Shown here: positions 14,953 to 29,589 of the stretch, one piece after another
Numbering within the stretch: position 1 is the first letter of the stretch
How the letters are laid out: each line of letters opens with the position of its first letter
Assembly: GCA_964016885.1 (NCBI GenBank)
Contig: OZ024758.1
Span: forward strand, 29,822,001-29,886,000
DNA: 64,000 nt
Source: Eledone cirrhosa
Lineage: Eukaryota
Direction of reading: 5' to 3'
The notes under the pieces: generated by a model
What the model saw: the letters and a program-made list of their open reading frames with translations, nothing else
The model's database searches: none
Told to the model about the DNA's origin: nothing
Program-made: the position numbers and the translations under genes

Positions 14953-16191
14953 ATCTATATATATATGTATATGTATATATATATCTATATATATATGTAT
15001 ATGTATATATATGTATATATGTATATGTATATATATGTGTATATGTATATATATGTGTATATGTATATATATATGTGTATATGTATATATATATGTGTAT
15101 ATATGTATATATATATGTGTATATATGTATATATATGTGTATATATGTATATATATATATGTGTATATATGTATATATATATATGTGTATATATATGTAT
15201 ATATATATATGTGTATATATGTATATATATATATATATGTGTATATATGTATATATATATATATATATGTGTATATATGTATATATATATATATATGTGT
15301 ATATATGTATATATATATATATATGTGTATATATGTATATATATATATATATGTGTATATATGTATATATATATATATATGTGTGTATATATGTATATAT
15401 ATATATATATGTGTATATATGTATGTATATATATATGTGTATATATGTATATATATATATATGTATATATGTATATATATATATATATATATATGTGTGT
15501 ATATATGTATATACATATATATGTGTATATATGTATATATATATATATGTGTATATATGTATATATATATATATGTGTATATATGTGTATATATATATAT
15601 GTGTATATATGTGTATATATATATATATATATGTGTATATATATATATGTGTATATATGTGTATATATATATATATATATATGTGTATATATATATATAT
15701 ATATGTGTATATATATATATATATATGTGTATATATATATATGTGTATATATGTGTATATATATATATGTGTATATATATATATGTGTATATATGTGTAT
15801 ATATATATATATATATGTGTGTATATATATATATATATATGTGTGTATATATATATATATATATGTGTGTATATATATATATATATATGTGTATATATGT
15901 ATATATATATATATGTGTATATATGTATATATATATATATGTGTATATATGTATATATATATATATATGTGTATATATGTATATATATATATGTGTATAT
16001 GTATATATATATATGTGTATATGTATGTGTATATATGTATATATATATATGTGTATATGTATATATATATATGTGTATATGTATATATATATATGTGTAT
16101 ATGTATATATATATATGTATATGTATATATATATATGTATATGTATATATATATATGTATATGTATATATATATATGTGTATATATATATA

Positions 16192-16222
<31 letters not shown>

Positions 16223-16309
16223 GTGTATATATGTATATATATATATGTGTATATATGTATATATATATATATATATATATGTGTATATATGTATATATGT
16301 GTATATATG

Positions 16310-16344
<35 letters not shown>

Positions 16345-17075
16345 GTGTATATATGTATATGTGTATATATGTATATGTGTATATATGTATATATGTATAT
16401 ATATATATATGTGTATATATGTATATATGTATATATATATATATGTGTATATATATATATGTGTATATATGTATATATATATATATGTGTATATATGTAT
16501 ATATATATATATGTGTATATATGTGTATATATGTGTGTGTGTATATATGTATATATATGTGTGTGTGTATATATATATATATATGTATATCTATCTATAT
16601 ATATGTATATATATATATCTATCTATATATATATGTATATCTATCTATATATATATGTATATATGTATATCTATATATATGTATATCTATATATATGTAT
16701 ATATGTATATCTATATATATGTATATATGTATATCTATATATATGTATATATGTATATCTATATATATGTATATATGTATATCTATATATATGTATATCT
16801 ATCTATATATATATGTATATATGTATATCTATATATATGTATATCTATATATATGTATATATGTATATCTATATATATGTCTATATGTATATCTATATAT
16901 ATGTATATATGTATATCTATATATATGTATATATGTATATCTATATGTGTATATGTATATATATATGTGTATATGTATATATATATATGTATATATGTAT
17001 ATCTATATATATATATGTATATATGTATATCTATATATATATATGTATGTATATCTATATATATATATGTATATA

Positions 17076-17114
<39 letters not shown>

Positions 17115-17344
17115 ATATATATATATGTATGTATATATATATATATGTATGTATATATATATATATGTATGTATATATATATATATCTTCACTCTCTGTT
17201 TGGAAGGATATGGGCTAATGAATATGTATATATATATGTGTATATGTATATATATATGTATATATGTATATCTATATATATATATGTATATATGTATATC
17301 TATATATATATATGTATGTATATCTATATATATATATGTATATA

Positions 17345-17383
<39 letters not shown>

Positions 17384-17430
17384 ATATATATATATGTATG
17401 TATATATATATATATGTATGTATATATATA
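14953..17430. repeat. Compound (TA)n/(TATG)n/(TATC)n microsatellite
   Basis: Direct inspection. Confidence 0.97.
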
Positions 17431-17431
17431 T

Positions 17432-19511
17432 CATCTTCACTCTCTGTTTGGAAGGATATGGGCTAATGAATCCGTGCCTGAGGACTGGAGAGATGCAGTA
17501 ATGGTGGTCTTGTACAAGGGAAAGGGTAACAGGAATGATTGTGGGAACTACAGAGGTATATCATTGCTTTCTGTCGTGGGGAAAGTTTTATGTAGGGTGC
17601 TTCTGGACCGTCTGCTGACACACATTGCAGATTGTGTCCTTCCTGAAAGTCAATCTGGTTTTCGTGTTGGACGCGGCACTACTGATATGATCTTCTCAGC
17701 TAGACAGCTCCAGGAGAAGTGCATTGAACAGGGCTTGGATCTGTATCAGGTTTTTGTCGATCTGACAAAGGCTTTCGATACTGTCAACAGAGATGCATTA
17801 TGGAAGGTTCTCCAGAAACTTGGTTGCCCTGATAAGTTCCTTGCTTTAGTTAGGTCTTTCCATGACGACATGAAGGCTTGGGTTAATGTCGGAGGTAACA
17901 TGTCGGAGCCTATCTCAGTAAAAAATGGAGTGAAACAGGGGGATATTCCAGCACCGACCCTGTTTGCCATATACTTTGCAATGGTTTTCTGTATTGCATT
18001 CAGGAATTGCGAGCATGGTGTTTACATCCGATATCGAACCTCAGGCAGCATATTTAACATCAGGCGCTTTGCTGCGAAGACAAAAGTATTTACATCAGTC
18101 ATAAGAGACCTCTTGTATGCAGATGATTGCGATCTTGTAGCGCACACAGAGAGTGATATGCAGCACATTTTGAATGTATTTTCTGACGCTTGCACTGCCC
18201 TGGGTTTGACTGTCAGTCTCAAGAAAACCGTCGTCATGTACCAACCTGCACCTGGTAGGCAGTACACTGAACCAAACATCTATGTGTATGGCAAACGACT
18301 TGGAGTGGTTGATCAGTTTGTCTACCTGGGAAGCACTGTCAATCGATACGGCAACCTTGACAGTGAAATCTCACTTAGGATTAGGAAAGCAAGTGATGCT
18401 TTCGGAAAGCTAGAAAGGCGACTCTGGGGTCGGCGAGACATATGCAGGAGGACAAAGGTAAGGGTGTACAGGGCATGTGTACTCTCTTGTCTTCTTTATG
18501 CCTGCGAGACCTGGGTCACATATCGACGCCACCTTAAGCAATTGGAGCGTTTCCATCAGATGTGTCTCAGACGGATACATGGCGTTCGCTGGAGGGACCA
18601 CATCAGTGATGTCGAGATTTTGGAAAGCTCTATGTGTGACAGTATAGAAGCTCTTGTGCTTAAGCAGCGACTCCGTTGGAGTGGTCACCTTGCCAGGATG
18701 AAGGATTCTAGAATACCAAAACAACTCTTCTATGGAGAGTTGGTTAAAGGAAAACGACCGCCACATAAACCAAAAAAGAGGTATAAGGATTCCTTGAAGG
18801 CCTCTCTGAAAGACGCTAACATCTCTGCTGATACATGGGAAAATATTGCTGCTGATCGTAATAAATGGAGAAAGACTGTATATGAGGGAAAAGTTGCCTT
18901 TGAGGCATCTCGAATCGCACACGAGAAAGTAAAGCGGGACGTGAGGAAGGGTATTGCTGTTGCAGACGGCGAGGGTCCTCCTATGTTTCTGACATGCAGC
19001 GTCTGTGCGAGACTCTGCCTAAGCAAAGCTGGACTCGAAAGTCATCTTCGCAGTCATAAAGTAAGACCAGTGGTTGACTACCAGGCTGCTGTTGGAGATG
19101 CTACTCATCATGCTTGCCAAACATGTGGTAGAGAATGTAAATCAGCAGGAGGACTCAAGCGACATGCAAAAGTACACGAACTCCAACCACAGCCGACTAT
19201 TCCCAGTAAATGTTTTGGTTGCCGACTCTGTGCAAGACATTTTGGATCATTGGCTGGGCTAAAAAGCCACATTCGATCGCAGCACTGTTAGTTGCTATCG
19301 TGTGTTTGTGTGTGTGTGTGTGTGTGTGTAGATATGCTTATGTGCGTGCGTGTGTGTGTATATATATATGAATATGTATATTATTATTGTTGTTGTCGTT
19401 ATTATTATTATTGCTATTATTATTATTATTATTATTATTATTTTTTTTTTTTTTTTTTTTTTTTCTTATTGTGCAATGGCCATACTCGATAACGAGGGGG
19501 CAGCCATCATC

Positions 19512-19513
<2 letters not shown>
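17432..19513 (+). mobile_element. Young 5'-truncated RTE LINE with an uninterrupted RT ORF (stop at 19291) and three C-terminal C2H2 zinc fingers
   Basis: [42 protein letters not shown]; fingers CSVC..HLRSH, CQTC..HAKVH, CRLC..HIRSQH; 3' end CTCGATAACGAG...GCAGCCATCATCAT. Confidence 0.95.
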
Positions 19514-19576
<63 letters not shown>

Positions 19577-19602
19577 TATGTATGTATATATATATATGTA
19601 TG

Positions 19603-19664
<62 letters not shown>

Positions 19665-19690
19665 TATGTATGTATATATATATATGTATG

Positions 19691-19769
<79 letters not shown>

Positions 19770-19792
19770 GTATGTATATATATATATGTATG

Positions 19793-19823
<31 letters not shown>

Positions 19824-19905
19824 GTATGTATGTATATATATATATGTATGTATATATATATATGTATGTATATATATATATGTATGTATATATATATATG
19901 TATGT

Positions 19906-19946
<41 letters not shown>

Positions 19947-20036
19947 TATGTATGTATATATATATATGTATATATATGTATGTATATGTATATATATGTA
20001 TGTATATATATATATGTATATGTATATATATGTATG

Positions 20037-20083
<47 letters not shown>

Positions 20084-20235
20084 GTATATATATATATGTA
20101 TGTATATATATATATGTATGTATATATATATATGTATGTATATATATATATGTATGTATATATATATATATGTATGTATATATATATGTATATATATATA
20201 TGTATGTATATATATATATGTATGTATATATATGT

Positions 20236-20276
<41 letters not shown>

Positions 20277-20356
20277 TATGTATATATATGTATGTATATA
20301 TATATATGTATATGTATGTATATATATATATGTATATGTATGTATATATATATATG

Positions 20357-20394
<38 letters not shown>

Positions 20395-20529
20395 TATATG
20401 TATGTATATATATATATGTATGTATATATATATGTATGTATATATATATATATGTATGTATATATATATGTATGTATATATGTATGTATGTATATATATA
20501 TGTATGTATATATATATATGTATGTATAT

Positions 20530-20570
<41 letters not shown>

Positions 20571-20615
20571 TATATGTATGTATGTATATATATATATATA
20601 TGTATATATATATGT
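19514..20615. repeat. (TA)n/(TATG)n microsatellite
   Basis: Direct inspection. Confidence 0.97.
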
Positions 20616-20811
20616 ATATTTTATCCTTATATTTTATCCTATATATATATATATATATCCAAAATTAATCATTTTAAAAGGTATCTATTTTTAAACTTCT
20701 AGTTAAACTTTAATTAGTTACCTACCTAGCTGTGTGTGCTTACACACTTTACAAATTATCCCCTGTGATTGTTTTGTGTGTTTATTTTATATATATATAT
20801 GTGTGTGCGTG

Positions 20812-20870
<59 letters not shown>

Positions 20871-20971
20871 GTGTATATATACGTGTGTATGTATATATAT
20901 GTGTGTGTATAAATGTGTGTGTGTATATATGTTATATATATGTGTGTATATATATGTATATATAGATGTAT

Positions 20972-21580
20972 GTCAGTTCACCAGTTGTTGCTACTGGTAA
21001 CATGTATCCCAGTACAACCTGTCTCATGGTCGGGTCGTGGGCGACTAAACTGGCAACCCCACCAAGGTTTCTTGGTGAGGAGGGTGACTTTGGACATCCT
21101 GCAGGACTAAAAACAAAACCTGTCAAGGGCAAAGGAGCTCTTAAGAGTCAATGGCCATCCAAAATCAGCGGGAGAGATGACCCCTTAGTCTTTGTCAAGG
21201 CAGAATTCTAGGAGAAGGAAAACTCTGATATAACACCTGCAACCCTGATGGTATCCAATGATGTTGACTTGTTCTTCTTTTTGGTAAATATCATCTTGGT
21301 TAAGAGAGTGGGACTGGCTTTGTGTAGTGCCTTTGCTCACTATAAAAGCTTCACGCCACAGGCATTGCTTTATATCTGGGGATCTCTCTGCACTTGTCGT
21401 CACATGGTACCATGGGCCCAGCACTATGTGTCAATAATTGTCACAAGTGTAGTGTTTGTACCAGAGTTTTCACGTCGCTGGCTGGACTAAAAAGTCACAC
21501 TCGTTCAGCACATCGGTAGGGGTTCTCCTACATGGATATAAAGTAGTGGCCGTACTCGAAAACGAGTTGGCAGCCACCAT
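20972..21580 (+). mobile_element. Non-coding non-autonomous retroelement sharing its 3' end with the zinc-finger RTE
   Basis: 3' end TGGCCGTACTCGAAAACGAGTTGGCAGCCACCAT versus LINE TGGCCATACTCGATAACGAGGGGGCAGCCATCAT; both sit in TA tracts. Confidence 0.7.
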
Positions 21581-21970
21581 ATATATATATGTATATATAT
21601 ATATGTATATATGTATATCTATATATATATATATGTGTATATATATATACACATACACTACGTCACATTACCTAATGTCATCTACAGTGGCAAAACTCTA
21701 CCCCTCTGGTAAACACTAAACTAAACACTTCTCTAACTGTATGAAGATTGAATAAAGTTATTTGATTTCTGCTATAGTTTTAATACCCTCAATGACCTCA
21801 GCCATTGAAATACTGCGTTTGTTTTAGAAAGAAATGTCACAACTAACATAGTACATTAGCAACCCTTTGTTTCTTTTCCATTTTAAGGATTACATATTAA
21901 CATACATATATATGTATACACACATATACATACACACATATATACATATATTTATACATATATATACATA

Positions 21971-22317
21971 CAATATGTTGAAAAGGTAACACACTAGGGA
22001 GAGATAGTGCGCTATCAGTCAAACAGGAAAAAACCACCAGTGTATGGAATCTATAACCTATGAAAGGCAGGGTAAACACACAATAATTAAAAATATAAAT
22101 TAAAGTGTAAATATGTGCCTCTATAACTATATAACACACACACGTGTGTGTGTGTGTGTGTTATAGTTATAGAGGTACGTATAAACATTTTAATTTATAT
22201 TTTTAATTGTGTGTCTACCCTGCCTTTCATAGGTTAAAGATTCCATACACTGGTGGTTTTTCCCTGTTTTATTGATGCCGCACTATCTCTCTCTAGTGTG
22301 TTACCTTTTCAACATTG
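21971..22317. repeat. Imperfect palindrome with arms of about 165 bp, centred on (CA)n-(TG)n
   Basis: ATGTTGAAAAGGTAACACACTAG... is mirrored by ...CTAGTGTGTTACCTTTTCAACAT. Confidence 0.9.
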
Positions 22318-22630
22318 TATTTTAAAGAGCTCAGGATTCCTTCTCCTTTGAGCACATTATTGACAGGGAATAGCGAGGGTCTATCATCATCATCATCATC
22401 ATCATCAGGTTTAGCGTCCATGTTCCACGCTTGCATGGGTTTGGACGGGGGTAGTCCCACTTGAGGCAAGAGTGGTTGTCTTGCTCGCATAGGACTGTCT
22501 GGCGGGTTTTCTACAGTTGGATGCCCTTCCTAACACCAACCACATTTACAGTGTGGGGCTGGGAGGTTTTTACCGTGTTGCCTACACGGCCACATTACAG
22601 CGTGGTCTATGGCTCCGTTAATTTATCGTG

Positions 22631-22661
<31 letters not shown>

Positions 22662-22852
22662 TGTACACACATACACACACACACACACACACATGTACAC
22701 ACATACATACACACACACATGTACACACATACATACACACACACATGTACACACATACATACACACACACACACACGTACACACACTCACACACATATAT
22801 ATATATCAATGATATTAATAAATGGAAACTATATTTCTAAAACCATATTTAT

Positions 22853-22907
22853 TCTATTATATATATTTCAAGGGTACCTAAACTTTGGTACGCTCTCATC
22901 AGATAAA
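22853..22907 (-). ncRNA. Minimal type-I hammerhead ribozyme (family A) in mini-element 22807-22977
   Basis: Reverse complement: TTTAT-CTGATGA-GAG C GTACC aaagttta GGTAC C CTT-GAAA-T-ATAT-A-TA|ATAGA. Confidence 0.75.
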
Positions 22908-22990
22908 TTACAAAAATTGTTTTATAAATATTGACATACCCAGAAATCAGACCTTAACAGTTCAAGTTCCGTTTGGATATATATATATAT

Positions 22991-25900
22991 ATATTATACC
23001 ATTTAGGACTGTATGGTACCAATATTATACCATTTAGGACTGTATGGTACCAATATTATACCATTTAAGACTGTATGGTACCAATATTATACCATTTAGG
23101 ACTGTATGGTACCAATATTATACCATTTAGGACTATGCTACCAATATTATACCATTTAGGACTGTATGCTACCAATATTATACTATTTAGGACTGTATGG
23201 TACCAATATTATACCATTTAGGACTGTATGCTACCAATATTATACCATTTAGGACTGTATGCTACCAATATTATACCATTTAGGACTATGGTACCAATAT
23301 TATACCATTTAGGACTGTATGCTACCAATATTATACCATTTAGGACTGTATGGTACCAATATTATACCATTTAGGACTGTATGGTACCAATATTATACCA
23401 TTTAGGACTATGGTACCAATATTATACCATTTAGGACTGTATGGTACCAATATTATACCATTTAGGACTGTATAGTACCAATATTATACCATTTAGGACT
23501 GTATGGTACCAATATTATACCATTTAGGACTGTATAGTACCAATATTATACCATTTAGGACTGTATGCTACCAATATTATACCATTTAGGACTGTATGCT
23601 ACCAATATTATACCATTTAGGACTGTATGCTACCAATATTATACCATTTAGGACTGTATGGTACCAATATTATACCATTTAGGACTATGGTACCAATATT
23701 ATACCATTTAGGACTGTATGCTACCAATATTATACCATTTAGGACTGTATGCTACCAATATTATACCATTTAGGACTATGGTACCAATATTATACCATTT
23801 AGGACTGTATGGTATCAATATTATACCATTTAGGACTGTATGCTACCAATATTATACCATTTAGGACTATGGTACCAATATTATACCATTTAGGACTGTA
23901 TGGTACCAATATTATACCATTTAGGACTGTATGCTACCAATATTATACCATTTAGGACTGTATGGTACCAATATTATACCATTTAGGACTGTATAGTACC
24001 AATATTATACCATTTAGGACTGTATGGTACCAATATTATACCATTTAGGACTGTATGGTACCAATATTATACCATTTAGGACTGTATGCTACCAATATTA
24101 TACCATTTAGGACTGTATGGTACCAATATTATACCATTTAGGACTGTATAGTACCAATATTATACCATTTAGGACTGTATGCTACCAATATTATACCATT
24201 TAGGACTGTATGCTACCAATATTATACCATTTAGGACTGTATGGTACCAATATTATACCATTTAGGACTATGGTACCAATATTATACCATTTAGGACTGT
24301 ATGCTACCAATATTATACCATTTAGGACTGTATGCTACCAATATTATACCATTTAGGACTATGGTACCAATATTATACCATTTAGGACTGTATGCTACCA
24401 ATATTATACCATTTAGGACTGTATGCTACCAATATTATACCATTTAGGACTATGGTACCAATATTATACCATTTAGGACTGTATGCTACCAATATTATAC
24501 CATTTAGGACTGTATGCTACCAATATTATACCATTTAGGACTATGGTACCAATATTATACCATTTAGGACTGTATGCTACCAATATTATACCATTTAGGA
24601 CTGTATGCTACCAATATTATACCATTTAGGACTATGGTACCAATATTATACCATTTAGGACCCTATGCTACCAATATTATACCATTTAGGACTGTATGCT
24701 ACCAATATTATACCATTTAGGACTGTATGCTACCAATATTACACCATTTAGGACTGTATGCTACCAATATTATACCATTTAGGACTGTATGCTACCAATA
24801 TTATACCATTTAGGACTGTATGCTACCAATATTATACCATTTAGGACTGTATGGTACCAATATTATACCATTTAGGACTGTATAGTACCAATATTATACC
24901 ATTTAGGACTGTATGGTACCAATATTATACCATTTAGGACTATGGTACCAATATTATACCATTTAGGACTGTATGCTACCAATATTATACCATTTAGGAC
25001 TGTATGCTACCAATATTATACCATTTAGGACTGTATGCTACAAATATTATACCATTTAGGACTGTATGGTACCAATATTATACCATTTAGGACTGTATGG
25101 TACCAATATTATACCATTTAGGACTATGGTACCAATATTATACCATTTAGGACTGTATGGTACCAATATTATACCATTTAGGACTGTATGCTACCAATAT
25201 TATACCATTTAGGACTGTATGCTACCAATATTATACCATTTAAGACTATGCTACCAATATTATACCATTTAGGACTGTATGCTACCAATATTATACCATT
25301 TAGGACTGTATGCTACCAATATTATACCATTTAAGACTATGCTACCAATATTATACCATTTAGGACTGTATGGTACCAATATTATACCATTTAGGACTGT
25401 ATGCTACCAATATTATACCATTTAGGACTGTATGCTACCAATATTATACCATTTAAGACTATGCTACCAATATTATACCATTTAGGACTGTATGGTACCA
25501 ATATTATACCATTTAGGACTGTATGCTACCAATATTATACCATTTAGGACTGTATGCTACAAATATTATACCATTTAGGACTGTATGGTACCAATATTAT
25601 ACCATTTAGGACTGTATGGTACCAATATTATACCATTTAGGACTATGGTACCAATATTATACCATTTAGGACTGTATGGTACCAATATTATACCATTTAG
25701 GACTGTATGCTACCAATATTATACCATTTAGGACTGTATGGTACCAATATTATACCATTTAGGACTGTATGGTACCAATATTATACCATTTAGGACTGTA
25801 TGCTACCAATATTATACCATTTAGGACTGTATGCTACCAATATTATACCATTTAAGACTGTATGCTACCAATATTATACCATTTAGGACTGTATGCTACC

Positions 25901-26554
25901 AATATTATACCATTTAGGACTGTATGCTACCAATATTATACCATTTAGGACTGTATGGTACCAATATTATACCATTTAGGACTGTATGGTACCAATATTA
26001 TACCATTTAGGACTGTATGGTACCAATATTATACCATTTAGGACTGTATGCTACCAATATTATACCATTTAGGACTGTATGCTACCAATATTATACCATT
26101 TAGGACTGTATGGTACCAATATTATACCATTTAGGACTGTATGGTACCAATATTATACCATTTAGGACTGTATGGTACTAATATTATACCATTTAGGACT
26201 ATGGTACCAATATTATACCATTTAGGACTGTATGGTACCAATATTATACCATTTAGGACTATATGCTACCAATATTATACTATTTAGGACTGTATGCTAC
26301 CAATATTATACCATTTAGGACTGTATGGTACCAATATTATACCATTTAGGACTGTATGCTACCAATATTATACCATTTAGGACTGTATGGTACCAATATT
26401 ATACCATTTAGGACTGTATGCTACCAATATTATACCATTTAGGACTGTATGGTACCAATATTATACCATTTAGGACTATATGCTACCAATATTATACTAT
26501 TTAGGACTGTATGGTACCAATATTATACCATTTAGGACTGTATGGTACCAATAT
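22991..26554. repeat. 31-bp tandem satellite (about 115 units, some 29-bp variants)
   Basis: Unit CCAATATTATACCATTTAGGACTGTATG(G/C)TA. Confidence 0.97.
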
Positions 26555-26696
26555 TTCTTTTATTCGATTTGGGTTACTTAAAATTCTTTTTGTCTATTTT
26601 ATTTGAAAATTAATTTTATGAAATTTGAAAGGAAATTAAATTAAATCTTCTTTGCCAATAATTCACATGGTTCTATAAATACATTATTGTTTAAAC

Positions 26697-27726
26697 CACA
26701 GGTTCTCAACCCATTTAGGCCAAACGCCCCCTTTTGTCCCTCGAAATCACGAAACGCCCCCCCCCCCCCCATTTTTCCATTTTTCAATATACTACTGATT
26801 TTTATAGATTACTAAAAAATTGATTAACAATATTCCAAAGATGCGTGTATTATCTGATTATGTGTTGTATGTGGTCCTAGATGTGTGTATTATCTGATTA
26901 TATGTTGTATGTGGTCCTAGATGTGTGTATTATCTGATTATATGTTGTATGTGGCCCTAGATGTGTGTATTATCTGATTATGTGTTGTATGTGGTCCTAG
27001 ATGTGTGTATCATCTGATTATGTGTTGTATGTGGTCCTAGATGTGTGTATTATCTGATTATGTGTTGTATGTGGTCCTAGATGTGTGTATCATCTGATTA
27101 TGTGTTGTATGTGGTCCTAGATGTGTGTATTATCTGATTATGTGTTGTATGTGGTCCTAGATGTGTGTATTATCTGATTATGTGTTGTATGTGGTCCTAG
27201 ATGTGTGTGCTACTCGCTTCTGTTTTTTCTTTTCTTTTTTTTTTATTTGTAATATTATTTATACAATAGGGAATAAAATAGATCTACATAGTGTTAACTC
27301 GTTGTGGTTGAGTCAATAATTTCAGACATGAAATACATTGTTATCGGTGAAGGAAAAATAAGATTCTAACTGGCTGCGCTCAAAGAAGTGTCTTTGACCA
27401 AGTTGACTGTGGGGTTTTCCATTTTTAGGATCTCAATTTCCCGTTAACGTCTCAATTACCAGACATGCTTGCACACCTGCTCACAGCTGCGGTCAGACTA
27501 TAGTTATGCTGTCTGCAAGCTCATTCAAATGCATTCACACTGGCTGTCTCAAAGACATACAAATATGGCTTATAAAACTTACCAAAATAAAGAGCCTTCC
27601 AGCCCCCCCCCCCCCCCCCAACCCTCCTCCCCCAGCTCCTAACGCGACCTTGCTCCCAAACGCCCCCTGGAGTTCAGAAACGCCCCCCCCCCCCGGGGGT
27701 GCATATGCCCCCGTTGAGAACCTTTG
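26697..27726. mobile_element. Non-autonomous hAT (Charlie-like) DNA transposon
   Basis: TIR CACAGGTTCTCAAC / GTTGAGAACCTTTG; perfect 8-bp TSD GTTTAAAC; partial second copy at about 56830-56946. Confidence 0.85.
26840..27208. repeat. 40-bp minisatellite (about 9 units) inside the hAT element
   Basis: Unit GATGTGTGTATTATCTGATTATGTGTTGTATGTGGTCCTA. Confidence 0.95.
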
Positions 27727-28228
27727 GTTTAAACAATCATACTTGCATATTGATATTTTAAAATATTCTTTTCATGAATTTGATAGTTTAAATAATTTAA
27801 TGTAAAATTTCAGTATTGTTTCAAACTAATTATATATTCAAATTAATAGATAAAACTTAGCAAAGGACAAATTTAGTATGCGTATCACATGAATGCCCTA
27901 AGAAGTTCACAGGAATAAGGTTTTGATTAGAATTGCATGGAGAAAACCATACATAATAAAGCTCCAGAGAAGAAATTTATATTCAAAATATTTTGATAAT
28001 CATGAATAATATATTGTTAAAACATTAACATGTGTTACAATTAAATCTAACACTGGTGGGCATGTACTGTTGACAGCAATATTTCGCAACTGTTTGTCTC
28101 TTGGCAATATTAAATGTGACAGATGTTATTAATAAGTTTATATGTTTGCCAGTATGGTATCATAAAGATAGAGCAGGATATAATTTATTTCAATGTATCT
28201 CTCTTTATTTAAGATGGTAGAGGGATAT

Positions 28229-28612
28229 TTATCTGTCATGTCTAGCATGCGAAGTGTAGAAACACTGGTATATCAATGGACATGTAAACACGGAATTTGA
28301 CGGTGTTGCTGATGGAACACCTGGACCGTACCGGACTGAGTTGCTGGAAGACCGCCGCTGCTTTTCCCAGCCTTGTGCGCACATCCACCTCAGCATCCCC
28401 ATCGTCAGAGATGTTGCTGCCAAGGTATTGGAAGTGGTTTACATATTCAATGTCACGCTGACCAACGATGATGGGAGGATTTGGAGGGTCACCTGTCGAC
28501 ATGGTGTTGGTTTTTTCACAACTGATGCGCAGGCCAACTTTCTCTGCATTGTCATTTAGAACGTTTGTCATCTCTTGCAGGTCTTCTCGGGAATGGCCTA
28601 TCACTGCGATGT
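28229..28612 (-). mobile_element. LINE RT fragment (RTE-like, different family)
   Basis: GLRISCEKT...FQYLGSNISDDGDAEVDVRTRLGKAAAVF. Confidence 0.8.
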
Positions 28613-29589
28613 CATATATCGATATATATATTTATATACACACACACACACACCTCTGGTGTTACACAGTAATACAGAAGACCTGACTTCCCATTGGTAC
28701 AAGCCGAAGCTGAAACATATAAACGGTATGCCCTCAACCCCTCCCACTGTAAAGTGGTTGTGTAGGTATCACGACAAAAAGCACCCAGCACTCACTGTAA
28801 ATGAGGTTGGTGTTAGGAAGGGCATCCAGCTGTAGACATCAAGACATGGGACAACTCATCTAACCCATACTAGCAGGGAAGAATGGATGTAAAATGGTGA
28901 TGATGATGATGACACAAACACACACTAATGGACCAGGACCATCAATAGTGTGGCAGTAGCGTTGAACCTATTTAATTTTCGGAGTCCTGGATTTGTATTC
29001 AATATATGCCAGGATATAACAATTATACAAACTCGGAAATTTGCTTTTTGATGAATTTGCATATATAATTTATGTTAATTACTGATCTATGGAAGTGATT
29101 AAAGATAATCATATTTTAATGATATATTTCTAGGATATAATTATATAAATATTCAGCATATGTACAAATGGTATACAGGATTAAATATATGAGTAACTTT
29201 GGAAAAATCTCTATTTATAGGGACAAAAGTGCCCAGTCCTCACTGTAAAGTGGTCGTGTAGGCGTCACAAGAAAAAAGACCCAATCCACATTGTAAAGGG
29301 GTTAGATAGGCGTCTCGGCAGAAATCACGTAGCACACACTGCAAAGTGGTCGTGGAGGTGCCACGGCAAAAAAGCACCCAGCACTTACTGTAAATGTGGT
29401 TGGCATTAGGAAGGGCATCCAGCTCTAGAAACCAAGCCAGAATCAGTTCTTTGTGAGCGAATCACGGTCACCCGACCTGATCTCTCACAAAGAGACAGCC
29501 TGCCCTACCCATGGAAGATAGACGTTAAATGATGATGATGATGATGATGATGAAATCTAGAGTTAGGACCTTGTGATTAGAAAGCAAAC

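Noticed and set aside
21005-21056. HDV-like ribozyme at the 5' end of the RTE-related element
   Set aside because: P2-like CCAGT/ACTGG and a CTAA junction are present, but I could not build consistent P1, P3 and L3; it needs a descriptor search.
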